Of a stretch of 64,000 nucleotides of DNA, positions 42,941-58,015 are shown in pieces; the stretch's first letter is position 1, and each line of letters starts with the position of its first letter. The notes below the pieces were generated by a model. That model saw only the letters and a list, made by a program, of their open reading frames with translations, was not told the origin of the DNA and did not search any database. Location: positions 39,990,001 to 40,054,000 of the forward strand of contig OZ024749.1 in NCBI GenBank assembly GCA_964016885.1. Direction: 5' to 3'. Made by a program: the position numbers and the translations under genes. This stretch comes from Eledone cirrhosa. Taxonomy: Eukaryota.

Positions 42941-43896
42941 GCCACTGTACTAAGTATTCTGTGGTGTCCCGGCATTGTCTGAAAAATTTATCAGACAAAC
43001 AACTACTATAGTGTTATAGGTATCAGTAGGCTATGTAACCTTTAGTGGGGTTATCTTTTGAGGAGGGGAAGTATTCATAATATTGAAACTGATGGTAGTG
43101 GTGTTGGGGATGGAAGTTGTGGTGGTGATGGTGGTGGTGGTGGTGGTGGTGGTGGTGGATGTGGGGGTGATGGTGGTGATGATGTTGGTAGTGGTGGTGG
43201 TGGTGGTGGTGCTATTTGAGGTGGTGTTTGTGGTAGTGGTGCAGGTGATGGTCAGAGGTTGACAATGATTGTGGTGGTGATAGTGGTGGTGATGGTGGTG
43301 GTGATGGTAGTGGTAGTAGTTATTGTGGTATTGGTGGTGATGGTGTTGGTGGTGGTGGTGGTGGTTATGGTAGTGGTAGTAGTTATTGTGGTTGTAGTTT
43401 TGGTGGTGATGGTGGTGGTGGTGGTGGTGGTGGTGGTGGTGGTGGTGGTGGTGGTGGTGGTGGGGGTTAAGGTAGTGGTAATGATAGCGGTGGTCGTGCA
43501 GGTGGTGGTCAAAGATTGGAAATGATTGTGGTTGTGGTGGTGATAGTGGTGGTGGCGGTGATTGTGTTTGTGGCTGTGGTGGTGGTGGTGGTGGTGATAG
43601 TAGTAGGGGTGGTGATGTATTGGTGGTGGCAGTACTAAAGGTATTAGCAGTACATGTGGTAGTGAAGGTGCTGTAGTCAATGTGGTAGTTTAATAAGATG
43701 AGATATTGGTATGTGAGAGTGTGAAGTTATTTAAACTGTTGAACTTTGGTGATTTTGAGGTTTTGTGAGGAATTTAAAGGTCAGTAATTCAACACATACA
43801 AAAACACGTACACACACACACGTACATTCACACACACACACACACGTACACACACACGTACACGTATATACACGTATATATTAATATATATCATAT

Positions 43897-43968
<72 letters not shown>

Positions 43969-44147
43969 ACATATATACATAAGTATATGTATGTATGTAT
44001 ATATATATATATATATTATGGGTGTGTGTGTATATATATATATATTTGTGCGTGTGTGTATTTATCTGTCTAAGTTTAAGAGCATTGTCAATATAGACAC
44101 AATGGATACTTGAAAAAGAATGTCAAACATTAGTACCCAGTAACGTG

Positions 44148-44179
<32 letters not shown>

Positions 44180-44199
44180 CGTGTGTGTATGTGTGTGTG

Positions 44200-44242
<43 letters not shown>

Positions 44243-44419
44243 TATTGAAGTCTGGGAGAATGAGTACTCAAACCCAAATAGATTATATATACATACATAT
44301 ATATATATATATAGGTATATATATATAGGTATATATATATATATATAGGTATATACAAAATGTGTTGTGTTAATATATATTATCTATATATGTTGATTGA
44401 ACCAATATATCTATCTATC

Positions 44420-44538
44420 TGGATGAGTTCTCTCCAGCGGTCTCTGTCCCTCATTATCGCTGCCATATCCTGCATCTCCAACAGACCAGTGTCTGTCCTT
44501 AGGGCATCAACATATGTTAACCTTGGTCTTCCTCTTCT
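44420..44538 (-). mobile_element. RTE LINE 3' fragment
   Basis: Homologous to 10478-10598 and 20740-20860. Confidence 0.85.
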
Positions 44539-44549
44539 ATATATATATA

Positions 44550-44706
44550 TATAGGAACGAGTAGGACCCCGACGGCTGAGCTAAAGTCGAAACGGCTTGA
44601 GCTCAGCCGTCGGGGTCCTACTCGTTCCTATTACCCACTCTACTACCCTAAGTATTGAGTTCTTTGGTGCGTTATGGTCTATCTGTTTCCTTACCACATT
44701 TCCTTC

Positions 44707-44710
<4 letters not shown>
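44550..44710 (+). mobile_element. Family A fold-back element
   Basis: Left arm ataggaacgagtaggaccccgacggctgagct, right arm containing GAAACGGC-uugagcuca-GCCGUC-ggggucc, and the same tail. Confidence 0.8.
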
Positions 44711-44758
<48 letters not shown>

Positions 44759-44781
44759 TATAGATAGATATATATATATAG

Positions 44782-45000
44782 GTGACTGGCTAGGCATGTG
44801 TGTTTTTCTCATTCTCCCCGTTCCTTCCTCTCATCACTCTTTACTTTCTATATCTTCTATTTCTAACTCTATCCTTTGAAGAAGGACTAGTGTCCGAAAC
44901 ATTAAGACACTCTTCCTGCTTTTTTAAGCGTTAAACTAATATGTTTCCTCCATGTGCTGTGCCGTTGGTTTTGTTATTTTTCTTATTACTTTTACATACA
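44782..45000 (+). mobile_element. PLE pseudo-LTR-like island, family C, with decayed hammerhead at 44872-44905
   Basis: UUGAAGA-a-ggac/gucc-GAAAC. Homologous to 56640-56890 (minus). Confidence 0.65.
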
Positions 45001-45017
45001 CAAACACACACAGATTC

Positions 45018-45049
<32 letters not shown>

Positions 45050-45052
45050 TAA

Positions 45053-45139
<87 letters not shown>

Positions 45140-45203
45140 TTGTTCTATTAAGACACGCTCAGACACATAGACGCACAAATACACACGATGTATATATACA
45201 TAC

Positions 45204-45250
<47 letters not shown>

Positions 45251-45293
45251 GGAATACTGTTGGCTTCTTGCTACAATATTTTCTATACTTTTC

Positions 45294-45336
<43 letters not shown>

Positions 45337-45660
45337 TGTGTGTATTATGTATGTGTGTGTGTGTCTGTGTGTGTGTGTGTATATATATACATATACATAA
45401 GAGCATCAATAACTCCGATACTTATATACACACATGAGAGACGAACGTTTGAGTGACATATAAGATAAGAGGGAGAGGTGGTGTGAGGTGGAGAATGACA
45501 GGAGGAAGATGTGATAAAATTGTGTTAGTCAATTAAGGTGTAAACACGCCTGACATGCAACGATGGAGTACATAACTAAGATTCTATATATACATATATA
45601 TATACATACACTCACACATATACCTGTGTATATATATATGTATGTATGAATATACACATT

Positions 45661-45740
<80 letters not shown>

Positions 45741-45794
45741 AGAGACAAGCAGTGAGTCAGCCACTCAGACAGAAAATTGCAGATATATTATATG

Positions 45795-45866
<72 letters not shown>

Positions 45867-45954
45867 TATATATAGATATATTTATATATATACATATATA
45901 TTTAGATATATATAGATATATTTATATATATACATATATATTTATATATATACA

Positions 45955-45990
<36 letters not shown>

Positions 45991-46009
45991 ATTGCAGATA
46001 TAATATATG

Positions 46010-46073
<64 letters not shown>

Positions 46074-46154
46074 CATACATACATATGTTATATCTGCAAT
46101 TTTATATATATATACTAAGAGTGAGAAATGAAATTTCGTTTTCATTTTGTTTCA

Positions 46155-46189
<35 letters not shown>

Positions 46190-46230
46190 AAGACACACAC
46201 ACAATTACACACATACACACACACACACAC

Positions 46231-46304
<74 letters not shown>

Positions 46305-46884
46305 CAAGTAATGTCAAGACAAACACAGAGATGCGAAAACTACAATCAGTGAGTGAATAAGAAAGATGTATAAATATACTCGTATATATAATACATTTAC
46401 AGATACACAGACATACGAATTAGCATGTGAAAGAGTTTATATATAAATGTGTGTGCCTGTGTGTGTGTATTTGTGTGCGTGTGTGTGTGTATGTGTGTGT
46501 CTGTGTCTGTGTGTGTGTGTCTGTGTATGTGTGTGTGTATAAACATGCTTTTCATGAGTGATTTGCATGTATTCAACTATGTTCGACACGTCTGCAAACA
46601 TATGAATATGGTTACAGAGATGTGAATATTTACGACCATATATCATAGACATCTCTCCTCGCAGACACATTTACCATTGTATACTCGCACATATATGTGT
46701 ATATATATATACACACGCATTATATATATATATATATATATATAATGCGTGTGTATATATATACACATATATATATGAATGTATACACACACACATACAC
46801 GCATATATATACATAATGCGTGTGTTTACATATATACATATATATATGTATATGAGTGAGTATTTATATGTTTATATATTTATA

Positions 46885-46929
<45 letters not shown>

Positions 46930-47337
46930 TTATATACCTTTCATTTATATATATATATATATGTGTGTGTGTGTGAGTATATATATATATATATTCATAT
47001 ATTTATATATATATATATTTACATACATATATCTTTGTTTGTGCATGTGTGAGTGTGTATATATATATATGTGTGCATGTATGTGTGTATGCGTGTGTAT
47101 AAAACATCAGGCTACATTCCCAACATCTACACTGAATATCAAATATTATGCAATAATCAATGTTTCAAATATGGCTGCCATTCAATGCTGTACTTGCTTG
47201 CCGCCATTACCGCAACAGCAGACATTTTGTTGAAATGCTATTGTTCATGAATACTGGCTAAACTACTAATTCCATATTGAACGAACTTCTCCCACCCAGA
47301 TGCCGTTTGACTAATGTCTGACCTTATCTCTCTCTCG

Positions 47338-47378
<41 letters not shown>

Positions 47379-47517
47379 CTCTCTCCCTCTCTCTGTCTCT
47401 CTCTCTCTTCATGATTCTTTCTATTTCATATATATATATATACGTGCGTTTGTATCTACATACACACACACATACCCACACACACATACACCCATACACA
47501 CACATATATATATTTAT

Positions 47518-47571
<54 letters not shown>

Positions 47572-47573
47572 AG

Positions 47574-47624
<51 letters not shown>

Positions 47625-47775
47625 GAGTCAGGACTCCGACGGCTGAGCTCCAATTCATTTTCTTGGGCTGGTGTCTTAATGATACTGACTTAATTAAATT
47701 ATTGAATGAGTAGGGAAACGACCGAAGCTGCGCCGGTCCTATTCGATAGCTGTTTCATTTTTATTATTATATATA

Positions 47776-48019
47776 GGGCGGTGGATTGGCACTACCGGTA
47801 GAGTGGCAGACAATATGCTTTGCAGCATTTAGTTACGGCCCTTTATGATCTCAGTTCAAACGTATCTAAATTCAGTAACGTACTGGGGTCGATTAAATCG
47901 ACTTTCCCTCCTCCAAAATTGCTGGCCTTGTACCTATAAAAGAAACCATTATTAAGTACCAGTAATACACTGCGATAATTGCTGCGATAATTGCTGCGAT
48001 AATTGCCAAATGTAGAAAC

Positions 48020-48025
<6 letters not shown>
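47776..48025 (+). mobile_element. SINE family 1, rearranged
   Basis: Head, internal deletion and duplicated tail. Confidence 0.8.
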
Positions 48026-48053
<28 letters not shown>

Positions 48054-48061
48054 GTTTAATA

Positions 48062-48349
<288 letters not shown>

Positions 48350-48354
48350 GTGTG

Positions 48355-48575
48355 TCGGTGGATTGGCAGGTACGGTTAAGCGTCGGACAACATGCTTTGC
48401 GGCATATAGTTACGGCCCTTTACGTTCTGAGTTCAAATCGCGCCGAGGTTAGCTTTGCCTTTCATCCTCACAGGGTCGATAAAATAAAGTACCAGTAATG
48501 CACTTGGGTCGATTTAATCCGACTTACCCCTCCCCTCAAATTGTTGGTCTGGTGCCTAAATCAGAAACCATTATC
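48355..48575 (+). mobile_element. SINE family 1
   Basis: Head, core and tail. Confidence 0.88.
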
Positions 48576-48591
48576 ATATATATATATATGC

Positions 48592-48632
<41 letters not shown>

Positions 48633-48635
<3 letters not shown>

Positions 48636-48931
48636 AGATCAAAAGATGGTTAAAGGAGTTCCATATATTTTATTATGCGCATTTCAAAAACAAACATCAT
48701 CAAACAATAATATTTGTGTTTTCATCAGATAAAATTTTATGTTTTATCTGATGAAAACACAAATATTATTGTTTGATGATGTTTGTTTTTGAAATGCGCA
48801 TAATAAAATATATTGAACTCCTTTAACCATCTTTTGATCTTATATTATGCATACTCCAGTCCCACAAACTGTAGAGTGCTTCTTATCCGATATCTGCATT
48901 GCTTTATTGTACTACAATAAAACTCACCTCC

Positions 48932-48934
<3 letters not shown>
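48633..48934. mobile_element. Family D fold-back element: ~102-bp arms, each with a complete hammerhead, plus ~90-nt tail
   Basis: 48633-48734 is the near-perfect reverse complement of 48742-48843. Confidence 0.85.
48742..48808 (+). ncRNA. Type I hammerhead ribozyme (mirror copy on minus at ~48668-48734)
   Basis: Stem I uuuuau/auaaaa, CUGAUGA, long stem II acaaauauuau/augauguuugu, GAAA, palindromic ugcgca, and AUA. Confidence 0.75.
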
Positions 48935-48968
<34 letters not shown>

Positions 48969-48995
48969 AATAGTGTTTGTGGCATTTAATCAGAT

Positions 48996-49075
48996 TCTCT
49001 CGCTGATGAAGCCCAGGATTATCTGTTACAAACACACTCAGGGCGAAACAGTTTAGGGATAATCTGTCTGAGAGA
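48996..49075 (+). ncRNA. Type I hammerhead ribozyme, complete
   Basis: Stem I ucucucg/ugagaga (7 bp), CUGAUGA plus A, stem II gccc/gggc, GAAA, stem III acag/cugu, and GUC at 49066-49068. Confidence 0.85.
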
Positions 49076-49276
49076 TATAATGGTTATTGAGGCGGTTTGT
49101 ATATTTTATCATTCTGTCTGCTTCTTGGTTAAATATTTCAAACAAATGTGGTTTTTCAACCCTTGTAATTTTAGACACACGGTTTACTGTGTTTCTTACT
49201 ATATATTATTAATCGGCTCAGTATTTATACTTTGAGCTTAATAGTTACAGGGTTCCAATTGAGTTTTAACTCTAAT

Positions 49277-49562
<286 letters not shown>

Positions 49563-49762
49563 TATATATATATATATATACATGTATGCATGCATCTATA
49601 TAGATATAGGTGTTTGAACGTGCGTGTATGTTTGTGTGTATGTGAGTGTATATGTGTGAGTGTGTGTACCAAGCTATTACGCTATATGATCATGTATCGT
49701 GTATATAAATGCCAATTGTCACATAATACTCAGCTAAAATTTCTCATGGCGAAGGAACGCCT

Positions 49763-49793
<31 letters not shown>

Positions 49794-50515
49794 AATATGT
49801 GTACGTGTATATCTACCTATTTCTCTATCTATCTATCTGTCTCTCTCCTCTCTCTCTCTCCCTCTCTCTCCCATCTCTCACTCTCCCTTTGTCGCCCTCT
49901 CTCTCTCTCCCTCTCTCAATCTCTCTCTCTCTCTCTTTCTCTATCTCTCTCTCTATATATATATAACTACACAAATAATATAATATATATATATATATAT
50001 ACATATTTTAGTATTTGTGTAGTTTTTTTTACCTATATTTATACACGTGTAAGTGTGTTTGTTTGTGTTTGTGGTTGTGTGTTGGGGGGAAGGAGGGGTG
50101 TTACAGAGTAAGACTACACGGGAATCAGAAACTGGCGCCGTTGCTCTTGTAATCAGCTTCCACCAAAAATAATATTGCGGAGTATTGTAGGTCAGCTTGA
50201 CCTGCGGTTTGTTAGCAACCACGTAATAGACACAGCCACTCACACACATACACGAACACATACACTCACACAGACGCATGCACGCGCGTGCACGTATGCG
50301 CACACGTATGCGCACGCACACACACAAGTGCACACAGAAGCTCACATATATCTATGTGTGTTTATGTAATAAAAATACTAATATTTGAAATGTAGCTATG
50401 TTGTTACTAATGCACTAATTTGACACAAGTGTGACCATTCAGATCCTGAAGATGATGTCGTAAACTCTTCGAAACGTTATTATTAACAAGGATTTAGGGA
50501 TGCTATTGTTTGTGA

Positions 50516-50720
50516 AGGCGCGTGGCTGAGTGGTAAGAGAATTGGATTCGCAATCGCGAGGTTGTGACTTCGATTCCTGGACCCGGAGATGCGTTATCTC
50601 CTTGAGCAAGATACTTTACTTCCCGTTGCTCTTTCTACCTGGAATTGCGACCGATAGAGAATATTAGCAATTGGAAAGACCAACGGAAACATTGTTTCCT
50701 CGGTCCGATTTGACGAAAGT
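50516..50720 (+). mobile_element. SINE family 3
   Basis: A-box tggctgagtgg and B-box ttcgattcc. Homologous to 26498-26702. Confidence 0.85.
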
Positions 50721-50770
50721 TTGACGACTGTCTATTATTGCAAACTAAGCATAAAGAAGAATTTTTTTAA

Positions 50771-50803
50771 ACCCTAAACCCCTGGAAGAGTCGTAGGTTT
50801 GCC

Positions 50804-50884
<81 letters not shown>

Positions 50885-51150
50885 CAGCATTTCTAGGACA
50901 TTATAAAACATGGCCGAGCCTATCTCTCCAGGGCTGAATACGGCAGATTTCTTCAAGAGAACGATAGAAGTTGAGAGAAAGGAAATTAGAAAGAGATATA
51001 GAGGAAAAATGCACACCTCGTACATGACTAGTTCTCTTTATATCGATCTCGAATGGATGAAAGGCAAAGTTGACCTCGGCAGGATTTGAATTCAAAGAGC
51101 AGAGAGCCGAAACAAATACTGCAAAGTATTCTATCTGACGTTCTAACGAC
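50771..51150 (-). mobile_element. SINE family 4, with internal (TA)n expansion
   Basis: Homologous to 31161-31410 and retains core ggatgaaaggcaaagttgacctcggc. Confidence 0.72.
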
Positions 51151-51643
51151 TTTTAAACAGAAAATCTATAAAAAGTTGACTCCCACCCGACCTGCCGGAG
51201 GGTCGTTGAATTAATTGTTTTTCTATGAGCCTTTTGGAAGCTGGCACCCTACGATTGCTTAAGTATGTGATTATGGTACGCTAGAACAGCAATTTTTTTC
51301 TATATTTTATTATTTATTTCCCCTATTTCACGATGTAATGTGTTAAATAAAAAAAATACTGACTTAACAGAAGAATATAATTAGCAAGACAGAAGGGAAC
51401 GAGAAACATTTCATTTACCATGGAAACCAATATAGCGGGGAGGGGGGTTGTAAAGAAGGAGGTGGCTTTTTTTTTTTGCTAGATGTGCCTACACTAGCAT
51501 AGAATACCAAAGAATTATTTGAATTTACCTAGATTCCTTATGTCTGTTATCAAAATGATCAAATAGGGGGTACTGTGGTATTTTCAATATAACATGTTTG
51601 AAAGAAACGTTATACGTATATACATATACATTAATTATATAAA

Positions 51644-51716
<73 letters not shown>

Positions 51717-52144
51717 GTATGGGTACCTATGTATGCATGTATATACACACATATACAAAACAATGTCTCTAATATGTTATTTTCGCCATGAAATTCAAAA
51801 CGATATGTAACCGAAATCTCAGCACCTGCCTTCTGCCCACTTCCTCCTCATTCCTACTTACTCTGCTCCCACCACCACTCCTGCCACAACCACTACCCGC
51901 TATTACTGTCAACACCCCAGTCGTAAACACCACTGACTACCCCAGTCTAGCCCCGGGTGTCACACAGAGTAAAAAATACCCTTACAATATATATGTCGGC
52001 AACCAGGAATGTATATACATACATACCTGCTTACATACATACAAACATACATACACACATATATGTATGTATGTATGTGTGTATATATATATATGTATTT
52101 GTGTGTGTATGTGTGTATGTGTATGCATTTATGCAAACATATCT

Positions 52145-52233
<89 letters not shown>

Positions 52234-52444
52234 CACGCTGAGTGCTGATTCAGACTATTATCAATGCAAACCTAGCACCTTCCGCTCTTATCACTACCCA
52301 CCACAACGATGATGATGATGATAATAATGGGGCGGGGGGGACGGGAGGAGGAGGGTGAAGAGAATGGTGACGACGATGATGATGATGATGTCGATGACGA
52401 CACCGATGACCATGATGGTGATGATGATGTTCAGGAGGAGGAAC

Positions 52445-52505
<61 letters not shown>

Positions 52506-53118
52506 TGAAGAAGAAGAAGAAGAAGAAGGAGAAGAAGAAGTGGAGAAGGAGAGGTAGGGTAGAAGAGAGAGGCAGGTGTAATTTCAAGTTGATATTAACT
52601 TTTATCTTTCTGACATCATTTCAATAACTTCTCTGATTTTATTGATTCTTCGAACTGATCACCTTTGCTATTATTCTTTATTTCTTCGATCAAGCAGCTA
52701 TCAATATAACTTCTATTTTTTCAGTACCATGTCGGCATTCCAGACAAGATCAAAGAGGAAGGATCAATATCGCCGCCAAGCAAGATCTTCATATAAATAT
52801 GATTTCTACTATATATGAAATTTTGCAAAAATAGATTCGATATTTGAATGGAATTGAAAAATTGAAATAGAAAAAAATTTCTCTGATCTTTCACTATTGG
52901 AAAGTCTAAAGACATGTCTGACTACTGTTAAAATTCTTTAAAATTCTTTAAAAATATGGTTTCTCAAGAAATGTCAGATATTTTATACAAGAGGTACAAG
53001 TTCAAAAGTTAAGATATTAACTTCTTGACTTTTTAGTCAATATTCATTTTGATTATTTGACATTTTATATATTATTACTAATATTATCATTATTATTATT
53101 ACTATTATTATTACTATA

Positions 53119-53589
53119 TGGCGGGGGATTGGCAGTATCGGTAGAGGGTCGGACGCCATGCTTTGCAGCAAAGAGTTACGTCCCTTTACGGTCTGAGTTC
53201 AAATCCCGCCGAGGTTTACTTTGCCTTTCATCCTTACAGGGTCGATAAAATAAAGTACCAGTAATGCACTGGGTAATTGCTGGCCTTGTGCCAATTATTA
53301 GTAGTATTAGTAATATCCGATAGAGTGTAAGGCACTATACTATGCAGCACGGATTTATACCCCTTTACGGTCTGAGTTCAAATCCCGCCGAGGTTAACTT
53401 TGCCTTTCATCCTTATGGGGTCGATAAAATAAAGTACCAGTCACGTACTGGGGTCGATTTAATCAACTTTCCCCTCCCCGAGAATTTCTGGCCTTGTGCC
53501 TATATAAGAAACCATTATTACCGTCCTGTACCGTCCTGTACCGTCTGTAATGTTTTTCTTGATGTCAGCCCTTGTGGCCAATAAAGAAA

Positions 53590-53646
<57 letters not shown>

Positions 53647-53831
53647 GGCGGTGGATTGGCAGTATCGGTAGAGAGTCGGACGCCATGCTTTCCAGCATAG
53701 TTACGTCTCTTTACGATCTGAGTTCAAATCCCGCCGAGGTTAACTTTGCCTTTCATCCTTACGGGGTCGATAAAATAAAGTACCAGTAATGTACTGGTGA
53801 AATTACTGGCCTTGTGCCTAACGTAGAAACA

Positions 53832-53835
<4 letters not shown>
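53119..53835 (+). mobile_element. Three tandem SINE family 1 copies with (ATT)n tails
   Basis: Copies at ~53119-53300, 53318-53520 and 53646-53835. Confidence 0.9.
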
Positions 53836-53896
<61 letters not shown>

Positions 53897-54067
53897 GTTG
53901 TCGTTGTTGTTGTTTGTGTTGTTGAACTGCATTGCTGAGCTGCACAGCTGTGTGTACCTTGGTTATGTGCAGTGCTTAGTTGCACTATTCCGTCTATGTT
54001 GTATATATACTTGTGGTCTATACACCACAAGTATGACCATTCTGATTCCGAATCTGGAGTTGCAAAG

Positions 54068-54709
54068 GCCATAACTACCACATACCACCACAACTACCAC
54101 CACCACCAGAACTACCACATACCACCATAACTACCACCACCACCAGAACTACCACATACCACCATAACTACCACATACCACCACAACTACCACCACCACC
54201 ACCACCATAACTACCATCACAACCACCATAACTACCACCACAACCACCATAACTACCACATACCACCATAACTACAACATAACATCATACCACATACCAC
54301 CAAAACTACCACAACCACCACCACCACAACAACAACAACCACCAATACCACCACCACCACCAACAACAACAACACCACTACCACCACAATACCACCAACA
54401 CCACCACCACAACCACCACCACAACCACCACCACAACCACCAACAACACCACTACCACCACAACACCACCACCACCACTACCACAACCACCAACAACACC
54501 ACTACCACCACATCACCACCACAACCACCAACAACACCACTACCACCACCACCACAACCACCAACAACACCACTACCACCACAACACCACCAACACCAAC
54601 ACCAACACCACCACAACCACCAACAACACCACTACCACCACAACACCACCAACACCACCACCACCACCACAACCACCAACAACACCACTTCCACCACAAC
54701 ACCACCACC

Positions 54710-54767
<58 letters not shown>

Positions 54768-55458
54768 CCACAACTACCACCAACACCACCACCACCACCA
54801 ACAACACCACAACACCACCACCACCACCACCACAACACCACCAACACCACCACCACCAACAACAACAACAACACCACTACCACCACAACACCACCACAAC
54901 CACCACCAACAACAACAACAACAACACCACTACCACCAACAACACCACTACCACCACATTACCACCACATCACCACCACCACCACCACAACCACCAACAA
55001 CACCACCACCCCCACAACAACACCACTACCACCACAACACCACCACCACCACCACAACCACCAACACCACCACCACCACCACTACCACCACAACACCACC
55101 ACCACCACCACCACAACCACCAACAACACCACTACCACCACCACAACCACCAACAACACCACCACCACAACCACCAACAACACCACCACCACCACCACCA
55201 CCACCAATACCACCACAACCACCACCACCACCACCACCACCACAACACCACAACCACCAACAACACCACTACCACCAGCGCCAACCTTACTAAGAAAATC
55301 ATTAGCATCACAATCATTACCAGCACCACTAAACCCACCAAGAAGAAGAAGAACAACAACAACAACGACAACAAAAACAACATCAACAACAACAACGACA
55401 ACAACAACAACATCGACAACAACAACAACAACAACAACAACAGCGACAAGAACAACAA
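54068..55458. repeat. (CCA/CAA)n degenerate trinucleotide field
   Basis: Directly visible. Confidence 0.9.
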
Positions 55459-55754
55459 TGTTGATCCTCATTGTTTTCCATTCTTTTCAATATAGAAGAA
55501 GACTTAGACGTGCCGTTCACTATGTGTGTTACGTCAGACACAACAAGAGATATTGTTACTGCAGTCACCTGCTAATTGGATTAGTCATGTCTGGGCTAAT
55601 TGTTTTATGTCGACCTATCCCCCCCCCCCTCCCCTCCCCCTCTCTCGTCTAACTCCCCTCCCCCCACACCCACACCCACACACACTCCACCTGCTCTTGT
55701 CTCCAACCATCTACATACACAGACTCTGCTTCACACTCTTCTTCCCACATATAC

Positions 55755-55787
<33 letters not shown>

Positions 55788-55793
55788 CATATT

Positions 55794-55857
<64 letters not shown>

Positions 55858-56242
55858 TTACACAATATCGCCCCCTACCTATTTCCATCATCGCCAACAC
55901 CCCTTTCTTTATAATTGGCTTCGTCTTAACCAGATTAATACTTGTTGTTGTTAATAAGACACGGAATCATCTTAATTATTGTATTATCTCATATAGAGTG
56001 GGCGGCGTGGTTGCCTCAGTGACAAGCTAACGGATTCTGCGATGCGGGTTCGATCCCCAGCCTCTTAATGTTATATTGACATTTATAGCGATTCTGTATT
56101 TGGATTTCAACGTTTGAAATATATATATAGATAGATAGTTAGATAGATAAATATATATATAGATATACATATATATATATATAGAGAGAGAGAGATAGAT
56201 AGATAGATAGATATAGATATACATATATATATAGAGAGATAG

Positions 56243-56282
<40 letters not shown>

Positions 56283-56297
56283 CATATATATATATAT

Positions 56298-56352
<55 letters not shown>

Positions 56353-56479
56353 CATATATATATATATATATAACATAGAAAGTTATATTTAAATTGTTGG
56401 GTTACAACTTTTTCAAATACAAGTCGATGTTGAACGGTATGTCAAATCTATTTATCTATAAAACTGTCTATATTGTATT

Positions 56480-56537
56480 TTGTCTGAAGAAGGCATAACA
56501 TATTGTTAATATGATATCCCTGAAATATATATAATGA
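56480..56537 (+). ncRNA. Possible hammerhead motif
   Basis: CUGAAGA-a-gg..cauauu/aauaug..cc-u-GAAA-uauaua-UA. Stem I is weak. Confidence 0.45.
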
Positions 56538-56735
56538 AATAAATATGGTTTTATAAATATAGTTTCCATTTATTTAATATCGTATATATAACATATATAT
56601 ATATAACATATATGTATACATATATATATATATATATATGCAGAAAGTAAAGTAAACATAAATAACAAAGCAAATGACACAGTGCAATGAAGAAATCTAT
56701 CAGTTTAATTAACGTTTGATGCAGTAGGAAAAGAG

Positions 56736-56771
56736 TCTTAACGTTTCGGAGACTAGTCCTTCATCAGAAGA
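56736..56771 (-). ncRNA. Minimal type I hammerhead in family C island (56640-56890)
   Basis: Minus strand reads ucuu-CUGAUGA-a-gga(cuaguc)ucc-GAAA-cg-UU-aaga, with palindromic ACGU as stem III. Confidence 0.7.
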
Positions 56772-56985
56772 TAGAATGAGAAATAAAAGATGAAATAGAA
56801 AGATAGAGAGTGAGAAAAGGCAGGAACGGGATAAAGAAAATGTTTGGGGGGGGGGGGGGGGAATACACTTGTGTATTCAGTCAGCCATTTCTATTTAGAG
56901 TAGCATCACCATTCATAAGAGAGGTGTATGTGAAAGCATATACGATATATTTATGTATCCTGAGTGTCGTGCTGTCCTGCGAGAA

Positions 56986-57031
56986 CGCCAGACAGTAGTG
57001 TTTCAGAATTTTTTATCCATCTTCAGGGACG
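56986..57031 (-). ncRNA. Hammerhead motif
   Basis: Minus strand reads cgucc-CUGAAGA-u-gga/ucu-GAAA-ca(cuac)u-GUC-uggcg, with one mismatch at the base of stem I. Confidence 0.55.
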
Positions 57032-57226
57032 TTTGATTATTCGTTCCTGAGATAAGAATATGTTATATCTCATAATTTTTGCGCATAAAACATCTGTTGG
57101 AGAAAATTTAAGCATCCAAATACAAAGTGTCTCAGCAACGCTAGATATATTTTTCGTCCCCCAGTTTTAAATGTTCCTTCTTCTCTCTGAAATCTAACGC
57201 AGGGCGTAGCCCGTAGCATTACTAAC

Positions 57227-57261
<35 letters not shown>

Positions 57262-57329
57262 CAAGACACACACACACAATATATATAATATATATAATAT
57301 ATATAATATATATGTATAATATATATGTA

Positions 57330-57522
57330 TAATTGTTTCTACTTTTTGACACAAGGCCAGCAATTAACCCAGTGTATTACTGGTACTTTATTTTATCGAC
57401 CCCGAAAGGATGAAAGGCAAAGTTAACCTCGGCGGGATTTGAACTCAGAATGGCAAGGACCGTAACTCTATGCGTCAAAGCATGGCGTCCGACCCTCTAC
57501 TGATACTGCCAATCCTCTGCCC
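57330..57522 (-). mobile_element. SINE family 1
   Basis: Full length, reverse complement. Confidence 0.9.
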
Positions 57523-57599
57523 TTATATATATGTATAATATATATATATAATAGATATATATAATATATAATATAATATATATATAATATATAATATAA

Positions 57600-57642
<43 letters not shown>

Positions 57643-58015
57643 ACGAAACCGCCATATGCAAAGTCAGTCTGTCTGCGCTGTGATGTGCATGTCTTCCGTA
57701 TATAATTGAGGAAAGTCGGTGAGGTGAACATTGTTGTGATAAGATGAATGTGTGAATATATGTGAATATATGTGAATGTGTTGATATATGTGAATATATG
57801 TGAATATATGTGAATATATGTGAATATATGTGAATGTGTTGATATATGTGATTGTGTTTGAGAGAGCGTGAGTCAGTGACGGTGATACCAACTTAAATAC
57901 AAACGTCGTATTTCCTTATCTGTCACAAAACATACACTGTTGTTGCTGTTGTTGCTGTTGTATACTGCAGACTAATATGAATAACAACAACTACAACAAA
58001 AACAACATCGATAAT

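Noticed and set aside
46692-46770. Palindrome cacacgcatta(TA)n taatgcgtgtg
   Set aside because: It is mostly self-complementary microsatellite with only ~11 bp of informative arm, probably a local slippage product.
55996-56065. tRNA-like sequence with ggttcgatccc
   Set aside because: Only the T-arm/B-box is convincing. It is probably a decayed SINE head or tRNA pseudogene.
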